NCBI GenBank assembly: GCA_022813965.1
Contig: JALDZS010000016.1
Coordinates: 124,001 to 188,000, forward strand
Reading direction: 5' to 3'
DNA: 64,000 nucleotides
From: Toensbergia leucococca
Taxonomy: Eukaryota
This document shows, one piece after another, positions 40,294 to 52,590 of the stretch. The first letter of the stretch is position 1. Each line of letters starts with the position of its first letter. The position numbers were made by a program, and so were the translations under genes. The notes beneath the pieces are model-generated. The model had not been told where the DNA came from. It was given only the letters and a program-made list of their open reading frames with translations, and did not search any database.

Positions 40294-42879
40294 ACTGATT
40301 GTAGATAGAGTCGGAGAGTCAGGCCACCAGCTCCCCTTCTTATAGGAGACGCGGAGACAAAGGAGGCAACGGGAAACCTCTCAAATGTCGGTCGGGCCTA
40401 AAAAGAGAAAAGGCTGAAGGAATTAGGAGGATTTCGACCTTGATTCTAGCCGCGAGGAAACATACTGCTGTATGAGAAGATTTCTGCAGGCCGCTAAGAC
40501 GATGGACGGGCTTACTACGCGTGGAAGAGATCCGGACGGGACACGGATCGTTCTTAGGGCCATGGTTCATCTTGTCTGCTAGCCATCGGGCTTAGGGCAG
40601 ATCTTCCTCGTTGATTAGATGTTGGTATGGCATACTAAATATGCGAGACAGGGTCTCTACTTTCCGGTGTGCCGCATTGACTGCATGTCACTTGAGGAGG
40701 CTGCGTGGCGTGCTGTCAGCGGCATGATTGTCGAACACCAGTGGCTCAGGAGCACAGAAGGAGTCGACTTCCTTCATCCTTGTAAGGCTGGCGAGGAGGA
40801 TGATAGCGAATTCAACGTCAAAGGAAGATGTCGAGGTGATAACGACCAGTCGATGGGGAGAAAATGGAAAGCAAAAGGGATCGAGAAAAGGGATGACTTA
40901 ATTCTTTTCCCGCACTTGCGACTTGTGTAACCCCAACTCGTGACACCACGTCGTAGCATTGGCTGGAATAACGAAGGAGCAGTATTTTACAAAGGGCCTA
41001 AGAAATCAACGCGAGTAATTTGACGATAATCATATGATGAAACGATTGCCTTGTCCGAGCTAGGGCGTACGAAGCGTCAGATATGAAGCCATGCTCTCAC
41101 TTTTAGAGCTGGAACAGCCAGCCAACAAGCAAATAACCGACAGCGTGCAGAAACCAATGAGTTTGAAGACATGAAGCTAGGGAAGTCTTGATTAACGAAT
41201 GGAGAGGAAGGTGTGGGCATTGCGGCCAGACTAAGCGTCATTTGCCTTTCTTCTGCCAAAGTAAGAATAGATAAGATGAATCTTGCCCAATAGTCATTGA
41301 TATTCTGTCCTTTGTTGCCAGCAACGACATTGGGGAGTACTTATAACTCTGCGAGATGGAAGAAGCGTTCAACGGCGGCTAGGCAATGCAGTCTGCCAGT
41401 TAAGGTGTTCCCGAGAATGTCTCACATATATACCAAGTACACGTCTACGAATAGAACGGCAAAGCAGTGCATCAACATGGCATGTGCATTGTTGACCATG
41501 AGCTACCTTCCTATTAGACTCAAGCTGTACCCCAACCCAAGGAGTTGGTCTTTCTCTGGCTCTGAAGCACCTCAGGTACCTTACCTTGCGGCTTCCCTCG
41601 GCCAAAAACGGTCATCACGTTTAGGGTATCGCTTATGAAGCCCTGGGAAATTAAGGGCTGCAGAGATGAGAGATGGGAATGTTATGGGACGTTATTTTTA
41701 GCCTGCATCGATGATGAGAGAAGTAAATGTACATTGTTAGTCCTGTGACCTGCATTTTCCATTCATTGCTTGAGAATTATGAACACAAAGTCTGCCCACA
41801 CCTTTCACAGTGGCAACGCAGTGGCAACTTGAAAGCGATAAGGGTCAAATAGTCCAATATATCGACCAGGGAATGATGCGCTGATCAGCAGTCTGTCACG
41901 GGTATTCCTGCTGCGCGCTTGATGGTGAGACATATCAATGTTACGTAACCGAGGGAGGCCGGCGGGACCGACCCTCCCTCCTCCCTTGGAATATTCTAAT
42001 TCCTCAGCTGTCGGACAGAAGTACTCGTATCTACATCAAAGCTTCAGCTTGGTCAAGACTGTTCATCCCTCGATCCTACCTCCTGTTATTTCTCACGTCG
42101 AAGGCCTCTCCCAATGAGCTCTCGCGAGTAAACGAGAAGTTCACAAGCTAACAGTGCAATTGTGCCTCGCCGGACACGAATGGCATCGGCAGGAAGCCAC
42201 ATTATTGAGATGCGACGCTGATTGGCTTGGAGAGCCAATTTTCCCCGCTCCCGCAATTGGATATTCGCAACGCTGACCAGGACCAAAAGCCGTCCTCCGT
42301 CATCCGTGATCCATGAAGCCGCATGCTTCTTCGCAGCTTCTAAGCCCATGACTCAAGCCGCTTAGGTCTAGTCAAGCCCGCCCTTCGCCGTCGCCTATCT
42401 GTTGATTGGCTCTAGCGACCACATCCCACACCACCAGAGATGCACCTCCATCGTTTGCACCGTACCGAGGCCATTGCAGGGGCCAATGACAGCCACGGCT
42501 TCCCTTAGTCTGCACTCGCTCACTGGCTACCATCTGCTTTGTCGTTATCGGCCGTCTTGTATTAGGCGAAATCTGAGGGAGACATAGGTACCATCTGATC
42601 CCAGCGGCCCCCCGTTTGCTTTAAGAAACCTAGTTACCAACAATCCTACAGTCTCGTCGTCGTTCAGAATGACAACAATTGAAATCATATCCATTCATCC
42701 AACATAGCAAAGTTACTACTGCAAGTGGCGGATGCTACTTGACTATTCCGGATATATACACGATCGTTAAGCTTTGGCAATTACAACCACCAATCTCAGA
42801 GCATCTATTCTTCTTGCATCTGCCAACGGACCTTCTCGAAGCTGTCTTCTGCTCTGGCGTAGAGCCATCATTTTCAGCC

Positions 42880-45504
42880 ATGGCGACAGCATCTGCAGAT
42901 GCCCAAGTCACAAGCCCTGTGCTGGCTCCTGATAAGCCCACGGCTTCGCCACGCAAACGTCGCAGAAGAGCACCTACCACTGGCGCCGCCGACGACTGCT
43001 TTGCGTGCCAGGATCGGCAGGTGACGTGCGATAGACGAAGGCCATACTGCACGCCGTGTTTGGATCAAGGCAAGGATTGCTCTGGGTACAAAACTACCTT
43101 GACATGGGGCGTCGGAGTTGCTAGCAGAGGGAAATTGCGAGGATTGTCGTTGCCAATAGTACAATCCAAAAAAGTCGACCAAGAGCCGGAGACCAGAAAG
43201 AGTAAGAAGAAGGGCAGTTCAAGTACATCGTCGAAGCCTGCCTCTTCGCGCAATGTTCCACAGTCCCCTCGGAACAACCAGGCCTATCAGTCCTCTCAGG
43301 ATTTGAACAATCCCACGAATGCTGCGACCACAACGTATGGCTTTGTCAACATGGATTCCACATCATCAATAGTGTCGCCCATGTTGCCGCCACCAAACTT
43401 TGACTGGCGAATACCCGCTCCTCAAGACCGTGGGGGACAATTGCGCAACTTACAGCGCCCAAGCCCCAAACGACGGGAGAGGCGGCATCATTCTCTAGAG
43501 CCACTGCAAGTGCCCACCCTTCACATCCTAGAAGACACTGGAGGAATGCCAATGTCTGCGACGGTTTTTGGCGAGTATGGGGAGCATCTTCTCGGGACTT
43601 CTGCTCAGTGTTCCCCTGCGCCGTCGGATTTTCCAGCTTTCAATGCTTCGTTGCCCTCTTTGAAGGACTTCCACTGTCAACAACCTATGGTTCATAGCCC
43701 TACAGTAGGTAGTTATCTCACTGGATTCGAGACCGTAGCATGGCCACGGGATAATTCCATAAGCTCAAGCCTGAGCTCCGATCGAAGTAGCCGAGATTAT
43801 GTTGAAGATGATGCCTTCTTTACCGACCCCGTCATTGAAAATACACTAGATAGTATTTTGTCCAACCACCATGCTATAGACCGTTACGATTATACGGCTG
43901 GAGGCGGGAAGAGTGAAACTGTGCCTGATAATTGCGATGAATTTCTGAGCGATGAGTACCCGCCAGAGGAATCAACCATGGATGTTATCGAAGACCAGAC
44001 ATCACTCGCTTTGACAAGATCTCTTCCGTCCCTTACTATTGGCGCTACACCGGGTCTACAATTTCTCATCAACTACTATGATAAGGTCATAGCCCCAGTC
44101 ATAGTCGCGTTCGATGGGCCCACAAATCCATATAGATCTCACATTTTACGCCTTGCGGTCGAGAGTGAGACACTTCAACATGCCATTGCCGCATTGTCTG
44201 CCAGCAATCTGAGAATGAGACGAGGACAAAATGCAAAAGAATCCAAATGTATTCGCCAAAACTCCATTCGCTCAACCCACGAAGATTCGGTTAGGAAATC
44301 TTCGTTGGCTCATAGCATCATGGATGGTGGCCTGAACACATTACCAGAGACTTCTGCTAGTGAACCGTCTCCAGAAGAGCTCCATCACAAGACGGCTTCC
44401 ATTCAATCTTTGAATATTCAACTAGCAGATCCGTTGCTCAGGAAAAAAGACTCGATACTAGCCACTCTTCTTATGTTATGTCTCTATCATATTTGTGACA
44501 CTGGTGTTGCCCAATTCAAGACTCAGTTTGCTGGTGTCAAAAAGATCCTGGCTCTGCGTGGGGGTGATGCCGATAGTAATTCTAAAGAAACACACTGGCT
44601 GACAATCATGTTCACATGGTTTGATGCTATGACTGCTACAGTCAATGATCGGGAAGGTCAATTGAAAGGCGACGTCGGTATTACTCCATTCGATGGTGCA
44701 GAATGGGTGTTGGAAAATCTCGCCGGTTGCGATGGCACGTTGTTTCAGACCATTGCAAGATTAGGCCGCCTGAACCTGCTCTGCCAGAACAAACCTGTCC
44801 TGGAAAATCCTCCCAACGCTGCGACGAAAGCAAAGATGCAGCCTTTGCCGACTCTCGGCCCAAAGACAGCGGATTATTACAGCATGAACTACAATCGCTT
44901 TGATGGGAATGGGTGGGCTACACTATTGGAAGACGATGAGCTTCGTGTAGAAGATGGCGACCCACGAGCTCAATTTTGGAAAGAATGGACCGAGATACGC
45001 AAGCAACTTCAGAGCTGGGAGTTGGATCTTTCCACGACAACAACAATGTCCGAAAGCCTCCAAGCCAACCGGCGCGATCTCTCCCACATATCCGAATCGT
45101 TCCGGTATTCGGCTCTCTTGTACACGGAAAGACTCGCGTATCCGCATCTGCCGTCGTCGCATCTCAATTTTCAGAGGCTGGTTTCAAAGTCATTGTACCA
45201 TATCAACCATGTCAAGTCAGATGTGTTTTTGCTATGGCCGCTCTTTATCACCGGCACAGAATGTGTGGGCGAGCAAGACCGGTCGTTGATCCGGCAGCGA
45301 TGCCTGGATATTCAAAAGGATTCTGGGTTTTTTAACAATATATCTGGGTTGGAGCTTTTGGAGACGATGTGGCGAAACGATGCTGATGAGGAGATGGGGA
45401 GAGAGAGGGGAGCAGCGTTTAATGAGCGCTCGACAGTTGGGGGGGAGGGATTTAAGTGGAGAAAGGTCATGGAGAGGGTGGATGGGGAGTATATAGTTGT
45501 ATGA
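42880..45504 (+). CDS. acr-2: Zn(II)2Cys6 transcription factor, Acr-2-like, intronless
   Basis: CFAC..CDRRRPYCTPC..CSGYKTTLTWGVGVASRGKLRG followed by a fungal TF domain (NPYR..IL, WFDAM, LLWPLFITG). Confidence 0.85.
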   Translation: MATASADAQVTSPVLAPDKPTASPRKRRRRAPTTGAADDCFACQDRQVTCDRRRPYCTPCLDQGKDCSGYKTTLTWGVGVASRGKLRGLSLPIVQSKKVDQEPETRKSKKKGSSSTSSKPASSRNVPQSPRNNQAYQSSQDLNNPTNAATTTYGFVNMDSTSSIVSPMLPPPNFDWRIPAPQDRGGQLRNLQRPSPKRRERRHHSLEPLQVPTLHILEDTGGMPMSATVFGEYGEHLLGTSAQCSPAPSDFPAFNASLPSLKDFHCQQPMVHSPTVGSYLTGFETVAWPRDNSISSSLSSDRSSRDYVEDDAFFTDPVIENTLDSILSNHHAIDRYDYTAGGGKSETVPDNCDEFLSDEYPPEESTMDVIEDQTSLALTRSLPSLTIGATPGLQFLINYYDKVIAPVIVAFDGPTNPYRSHILRLAVESETLQHAIAALSASNLRMRRGQNAKESKCIRQNSIRSTHEDSVRKSSLAHSIMDGGLNTLPETSASEPSPEELHHKTASIQSLNIQLADPLLRKKDSILATLLMLCLYHICDTGVAQFKTQFAGVKKILALRGGDADSNSKETHWLTIMFTWFDAMTATVNDREGQLKGDVGITPFDGAEWVLENLAGCDGTLFQTIARLGRLNLLCQNKPVLENPPNAATKAKMQPLPTLGPKTADYYSMNYNRFDGNGWATLLEDDELRVEDGDPRAQFWKEWTEIRKQLQSWELDLSTTTTMSESLQANRRDLSHISESFRYSALLYTERLAYPHLPSSHLNFQRLVSKSLYHINHVKSDVFLLWPLFITGTECVGEQDRSLIRQRCLDIQKDSGFFNNISGLELLETMWRNDADEEMGRERGAAFNERSTVGGEGFKWRKVMERVDGEYIVV

Positions 45505-46034
45505 AGGGGTGTGACAGAGATGGGGGTACATGCTTGGGTGGTTGTGAGCGAGGCGCCGATGATTGAATTTGGGGAGTTTGGGGTTGATAGTGATGAAGGG
45601 TGGTGTTGATGGGAGTACATGATCACTTTGAGTGGCAGTCACTTGGACTGGAGTATCTTGAGGATACGAGTACACATGCACACAACCTCGAAATACTAGT
45701 ATACAAAGCACTTTCTTCAAACTGCAATGCCTCAACGACGGAGGCTCCTCCACTCAGCGGTTCGTCCTGCCCAATATATTCTAATACATCCTTCACGGAC
45801 GAAAGATTTCTCGCATATCATCTTAGCCACTTTCCAACCTTCTCCGCTATTGAAAGGATTTCGATTAGTATGCATCTTACATCATCCCTGAAGATATTGA
45901 TTACCAACCCCGGATTACTAAATCCCAATAACGCCATCCAGCATCCGTAGCACAAATTCCCCCACATGAGTAAAATCCCCACACATATATAATCTAAAAG
46001 AAAAACAACCCCCCTCCACTACAGACCACATCAC

Positions 46035-47286
46035 ATGCGCCGTCTCCAAACCCTAACCCACCACCTCCACATCCCCAAACCCCAATCCATCATCTCCACC
46101 ACCACCACCACCACCACCTCCACACCAACAATGTCCCCCCCAACCTCCAACGCCCTCTGCATCATCGCCGGCGTCGGCCCGGGAACCTCCCGCTCCCTCG
46201 CCCTCAAATTCTCCTCCACCTACCCCGTCGTCCTTCTCGCTCGCACGCCCGCCAATTACGAACCCATCGTTGCCGAGATTCGGGCAGCGGGGGGGAAAGC
46301 GGTGGGGGTCAGGTGCGATGTTTGTGATTCGGAGGCTGTGGGGGGGGTGGTGAAGGGCTTGCAGGAGGGAAAGGTGTTTGAGGGTGGGGAGGGGGGGGGA
46401 GGGGCGTTGGAGGTTGCGGTGGGGATTTTTAATGTGGGGGGCAGGTTTGTGAGGAAGCCGTTTTTGGAGCTGAGTGAGGAGGAGTTTGGGGCGGGGTGGG
46501 AAGCTAATGGGTTTGTTTTGATTTTTTTTGTGGGCTCTTTTCCTTTTTTTGGTCTGATTTTGTGTTCCCCCCCACAACATTTTTCGAAATTTTGTCCGAA
46601 TCACTTCCTTCTCCAGATCGCCCACCCGCAAAAGCCCGCCTTTCTTTTTGGTATTAAGCTTGCCCCCCCTTTGGCACACACACACTACTCCCCACTTCAA
46701 ACCAAAGAAAAAAAATAAAAAAGCTAACATCCCCCCCAACAGCAAAGGCGCCTTCAACTTCTCCCGCGCCCTCCTCCCCCACCTCCTCTCCTCCGTCCCC
46801 CAAACCACCACCACTTCCCCGCAGCATCCACCAACCCTCCTCTTCACCGGCGCAACCGCCTCCGTCAAAGGCAGCAGCACCTGCGCCTCCTTCGCGACGG
46901 GCAAATTCGCCCTCCGCGCTTTGGCGCAGTCGTTGGCGCGCGAGTTCGGGCCCCGGGGCGTGCACGTGGCGCATGTGGTTGTGGATGGGGTGATTGATAT
47001 CCCGCGGACCAAGGGGTGGGTGTTTGAGAAGGAGGATGCTAAGTTGGGGGCTGGGGCTGTGAGTTGATTTCTTTTTTCTTTCTTTTTGGTCTTTGGGTAG
47101 TGGAAGGGAGGTGAGGGGTGGGATTATGGGATTTTCATTGATTTTGGGTTGGTTTGAGTGCTGATTTTTTTTGGGGTGTTGGGTGGGGATGTGTAGATTG
47201 CGGATGCGTATTGGTATCTTCATACCCAGCCGCGCACGACCTGGACGCAGGAGATGGATATGAGACCTTGGGTTGAGAAATGGTGA
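46035..47286 (+). CDS. Short-chain dehydrogenase/reductase
   Basis: IAGVGPGT Rossmann motif, FTGATAS, FATGKFALRALAQSLAREFGPRGVHVAHVVVDGVID, IADAYWYLHTQ..EKW*; two introns; second possible start at 46131. Confidence 0.9.
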
Positions 47287-48453
47287 TGAGAACGTTCTCT
47301 GAGCGCCCCCCTGAAAATACTTCTTGACTACTAAGCCCTCCAAGTGGTGTTTTGTGGTAAAAATGAAAGGGGGGAGGGAGGGAGATGGTGAGATGCATCT
47401 TCGGCCAAGGACAGTGAATCTCTTGTTTTTATTTTAGTTCCTTCTCTTTATATTTCATGTTTTCTTTTGGGGAAGAAAAGGTAAGGGACTTTCCTATCTG
47501 TACTTGCACAAGCAAACATTCATATCGATAAAAGCTCAAGAGCATAATAACACACAGCCCATCCCCTCCTCCTCATCCTTCATCCTCCATCCCTTTAAAT
47601 CCTCAAACCCAAATCAGCACCCGCCACCCAGCACTCACATCTCACAACCCTCTTCCCCTCTCCTCAAATCCATCAACCCTCCACCCTTCCTCCCTCAAAA
47701 GAATCAGAATCCTTACCCGTACCTTTATCATCTCATGATCTTCTTCCAAAAAACATGAAACCGAAGAGATATCTCTGATTTTTTTGTGAGGCTAGATGCT
47801 AAAGAGGTTAGAGACTAGAGAGGTTAGAGATGATAGAGATGATAGGCTTGCTTGAATTTGAGCGTTTTGAGATGGGGATGAGCATGTGGTGGTGAGGGGA
47901 GGGAGAGGGAAAAAGAGCTTTTTGTTTTTTTTTTTCTGACGGGGGGTAGTTTTGAGGTGAAAGAGGGAGAGAGGGAGATGGGGTGTTTGAGGTGATTTTA
48001 AGAGAGAGAGAGGAGTTTTTGTTGTGATTTGAGAGAGAGAGAGAGGAATTTGTTGTAATTTGAGGAGAGTGTATTTATTGAGAGAAAGTTGAGAGCTTTT
48101 GAAGTTGGTTTTTTTGTTTTTTTTTTTCATATCATTTCTGTACGCAGCCCTCAGGCTATGTATAACAACTAAGATACATGTGTGCAAGAAAACCTCACGT
48201 TGGGTGAAAAAACTTGTGAGGTCTATGGGGGGGGTTAACAACTAAAAGTCCATTCATGACTTGCACACATTCAGGTGATTTGTGCATAAGGAAAATTCCT
48301 GCATTTGCTGCTGACTCAAAAAATCCTTGACAGTGTGATTCTCATCATGGATCATGAATTATTTATAGACACTCAGAATGAGCAAGTCACCTTACTTCAT
48401 GAACTTTTGTTAAATTTTTGTCAACGGCTGTTGGACGCAGACATGATGGATTT

Positions 48454-48610
48454 TGAAAGCTGATCATTGCATGCAATGAGCTTTTTAGATTCAGATGTAT
48501 GTAGATCTATCATGTGAATAGATCTGATCTTTGAGGGTGAAAGCTGATCATTGCATGCAATGAGCTTTTGATGTCATGTTTGTATATCTGTCGCGTTGAT
48601 AGGCCAGATT
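48454..48610. repeat. 84-bp-period tandem duplication containing a 16-bp palindrome
   Basis: TGAAAGCTGATCATTGCATGCAATGAGCTTTT is identical at 48454-48485 and 48538-48569; downstream halves are diverged. Confidence 0.85.
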
Positions 48611-49069
48611 AATGGGGTAGAGAACTCTAGACTTTGCTGAATACTGCAAGTAGTATCGTAGCTGGCACCATGGATAGGTGGATCTCATAGCTAGCCTGTA
48701 TCTGTGATTTATGGTGTTCAGAGATTGAATCACAAAGATGATGCGCAATGCAGTTCACTCATTAAAAACATGAAGAAATAAAAAATTTCATGCACATTGT
48801 GTGCTCAGAGAACAAAGATGAAGTTTTGCGTCAATGTGTTTGAGATGTGAGAGGCGGAAGACAGTGATTTGAAATAAAAAAAGGCAATGCTTCATACATG
48901 GAAACTATAGTGCGTCTAAATCTTAAAACCTGCGAAGTATCATATATATATTGGACAAGACAAATATCCTCCTCAACCATGATAATCCCCAAGATATCCA
49001 AACTCTGAAAATACGACCTACACAGCTCTCACCAGCGACTCCCAATGCCAGATACATTCATCAGCTCTC

Positions 49070-50475
49070 TCACAGCTCCTTCCCATTAGTAAACGCATCG
49101 TTATCCGCTCCAAGCATAGTTGTCGCCCCGGTTTCCATAATGCCCTGTTACCGCAAGAATCAGCCAAACTCTCGCCACTCACACTAAAACCAAAAAGAAA
49201 AAGAGGATCAACAAACCGCATTAGTAAGATGCCTATGCAATCCCTCCTCCCCATCTTCATGATACGCATGTCCCTTCCCAATCTTGGACAGTGAATCGCG
49301 CATCAAAAACTCATAATAGGCCGTCGCAAATATCGTAGCGGGTACGTTGACCAAGATAGCGATCCACGAGTAATGCATGTAGGAGAAGACCTCGCCTCCA
49401 AAGAAGATGGCCGCTACGATCCGTGTACCCAAATCTCTCGCTAGATTGGTGGAAATTGCGATGTCGGCGAAGCCCCAAACCATGTTTGCGTATGCGAGGC
49501 CGATTACGAAGGGAGCGCTGGCTGGGGAGACAAAGGGATTGGCAGGGTCGAGACAGGCCCAAATCACGATGCCCTGGATGACATATTAAATTGGGTGGTA
49601 AAAAGAGGCTTAGAATTTAGCTCACGATAAAGCTATCCACGAAAAACTCAGTCATGAAGAGATAGCCGAGGCTGTCCAACTTGTTAGCATCTTCAATCAA
49701 GCCAGTCCAAGGGTCAAATTCCTACTTGGTCTGAGAGGGGTTAGGAAATGTACACAGTAAACTCGCAGGGCCTCCATTTGCCGCCAGCGGGAGGCCCTTG
49801 GCTAGGGTATCGGCCTTGAAGGCTGCGATTTCCGGCCAATACATTCCCATCATGAGCAAACCAGCAATAAAGGCTCCGAATATCTGAGAAAATATGTAAT
49901 GCGGCACCTTTTTCCATGGAAAGCCTTGCCAAATGGCGAAACATATTGTGATGGCTGGGTTGAAATGGCCTCCAGATGTCGGAGCACAGGTGATGATAGC
50001 AAAGGCAATGCCAATGGCAAAAGCCCATCCAATTTGGAATAACGAACCAAATGCCGTGACTCCGAGAGGGTTGGCGCCGTTAAGTGTAAAGCTTGTGATG
50101 GAAGCAATGCCGGGAAAGCTGTTGGGCGACAATAATTGGCATATATACTCTCTGTGACAATGGGTAGGGTGCGGACACGTAGAAGAATACCCCAGTTGCT
50201 TCAGCCATACATTCCCTTAGCCATCTCGGCCTATAAACCTTAGCGTTAGCATTGGTTTTGGATATGAGTGGGATCATTGCACCTTGCATGCTCAAAGTCA
50301 AGTTTTCGTTGCGAAACGGGCTTGGTAGCAACGACATGTCTCGCGATATGCCTCTGAGCTGCTTCAGTAGCACCAAGTTCCACTGCGAGGGTGTCAATGC
50401 ATAAGATTTCTGACAAGTGAGGCATTGGTACTGACAGTCATTGGTATGTAACCTGTCGAGATGATGTGCAGGCAT
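49070..50475 (-). CDS. MIP-family channel (aquaglyceroporin-like), NPA/NLA motifs
   Basis: RECMAEATG, SGGHFNPAIT, YIFSQIFGAF, EFFVDSF, STNLARDLGTR; multi-exon. Confidence 0.9.
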
Positions 50476-51212
50476 GTTTTCTGCTGGGGGGCTGTATGCT
50501 ATGCAAGCACGAGTAGAAGAGAATAGAAGAGAGTGGTATATCCTAGTCCAGGCATAAGAAAGAAGTGGGCGATGATTGACTAGATATTCCCCCAGTCACG
50601 TCGCCCTTCGAACTACCAGGAAGTGCCGTACATCCATACTGGGAGGGGGTGTTTACGCCGAGGTACTTTGCTTTTAGTTCACGTTGCACTAAGTCCAGGC
50701 GGCCCAGGAAGGCAAATTGAACAGTGGATGTTTCCTCGGTCAAGGATGACGGCACGGTCTTACAGGCTCAGGACAAGCACGACAATAGTGAATCTGTTCT
50801 TTCAATAGCATCTTCAGTCACGTACGGATATGGAGATAGAAGATGGGCATTACCAAATCCCAAGAGTGGATTCCATTCTCCGTAGCTGCCTTAGCGTGGA
50901 TGGCAATTCCCCGCATAGTGGATGGTACTATAAGCGTATAAGTGTGGCAATGACGATGGAATCAATGTTCGGCACTCAATGGCAGTGCATGTCGGATGAT
51001 GATTGGCTGCTTGCGTTGTAGTAGTGGATTGACGGTGGTGGAGGGTGAGGAGGCTTGTCAAGTGGGACGAGGAAAGTGGAGGAGGCTCGGATTCGGAGCG
51101 TGGAGAAGCCGTCATCTAAATCCATTAGCGCCTTCGTTTCTCCACACGGGCCTTTCCTGCCCTAAGGTACGTAAGTAAAGACTAGGTACCTACTTACCTT
51201 AGCCTCCTTAGG

Positions 51213-51253
51213 TAGGAGAATATGAGACTAGGAGAATATGAGACTAGGAGAAT
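51213..51253. repeat. 16-bp tandem repeat x2.5
   Basis: TAGGAGAATATGAGAC TAGGAGAATATGAGAC TAGGAGAAT. Confidence 0.85.
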
Positions 51254-52590
51254 GGGTAGATGGTGCTAAGGTACGTACTTTAGTTTCGTAGTCCAGATGG
51301 CCTCGCAGTCTGTAATCCTGAAATACCAAGGCATTTCTGCCTCCATGATCAACAATAGGATTCCAGGTAGCACTAGAAAAAGCTGTCTGAGCAAGACTCC
51401 AGCTACAGCTCTCAAACCTGTGCTTGAGCCTAAAAGTCAACTCATCGAAGATGATCCAGCCTAAATGGCTAAAAGGCAGCTCTGACGTCCTCGGAGAATG
51501 TCCCGTTGATAGCTTCGGGAGGCCGGATGCAACAGGTACGAGTTCCTTTCCCCTCGCTCTAAAGTTGCTTGAAGCATGCCTTTTCCTTGGCTAATAGTCT
51601 ACCATAACCATCTGTATGACAATGACCAACGATAACCATTGACATTGCACCACTGTCAGTTACACTGGCGATAAGAAAGTCGTTGAAACGTTGGAGAGAT
51701 TGTAACGATCATCTTCGAGGTGCAATCTAAAGCGTGGATCGATGCAGCATGCTACATGTCGTGGAAGGAATGCTTCTTTGGTCTGACGTGACTGGGGAGA
51801 GAAGAAAGAGTATGCCAATCGAGGTGGGCACTGCCTTTATACCAAACTTATACACCCAGTCTCTGTCTTGACACACATGAAAGATAGTAAGATAGCCGTT
51901 GACTGTTCCGTACCAATCGAAAGATGCTGCCATGGCCATAGGATGGTGAGTACCAATCAGAAAATCAAGAGAGACAGTTGTGAATTTCTGGCTGTCGAGC
52001 ATCTCGGAAAGACGTACATCTCAGTTTATCAGTTTATCAGTTTTCTATCGCTTCTTGTGATTGGCATTCTTTCGCTCTTTCTTACTCTTAGAAGGCTCTG
52101 AGGATCGCGATGCGTGAGGGTGCTCCTCAACTGCAGGTGCGGGTCATGAAAACCATGTCTGCCATGTAGAGAAATTGATTGGAGCCAATAACCCGAATTC
52201 AAGCACCCTGCAGTTTGACCAGCTTGAAATATGTCGTAGCCAACGCCATGCTCGCTTGAGCCCCACCGTGGTCCTTGGCTGGCTGAAATCGAATCACTTG
52301 CTCGTAAGCTGCTGCAGTGGAGCTTCAGTATTCCGAACATCGGGTGTCGAGGACTTTTTGCGCGTTGATCGAGGTTCGCGTGCCTGACCCACTATAAAAT
52401 CCTCATTTTTCATGTTCTGTCCCTTTTCCCTTTCCTTCACCAACACCTTCACACTTCCCAACTGGATCCCGAATCTTGGCAATCCTCGCAAATATCTTGA
52501 CTTGCTCCCTTCTTATGAGCTGAGATAACGATATCTCAGCAGAATTTTCAGTATTGCTCATCTCCAGCTCACTGTGAGCCTTCAATAAAA

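Noticed and set aside
42679..42879. In-frame TTG-started extension of the acr-2-like ORF
   Set aside because: Sequence does not look protein-like or targeting-like; ATG 42880 has good context (GCCATGG).
47281..47290. Stop-codon readthrough to cryptic peroxisomal signals in the SDR, dehydrogenase and other enzymes
   Set aside because: No TGA-CTA context and no in-frame SKL-like ending after the stops I checked.
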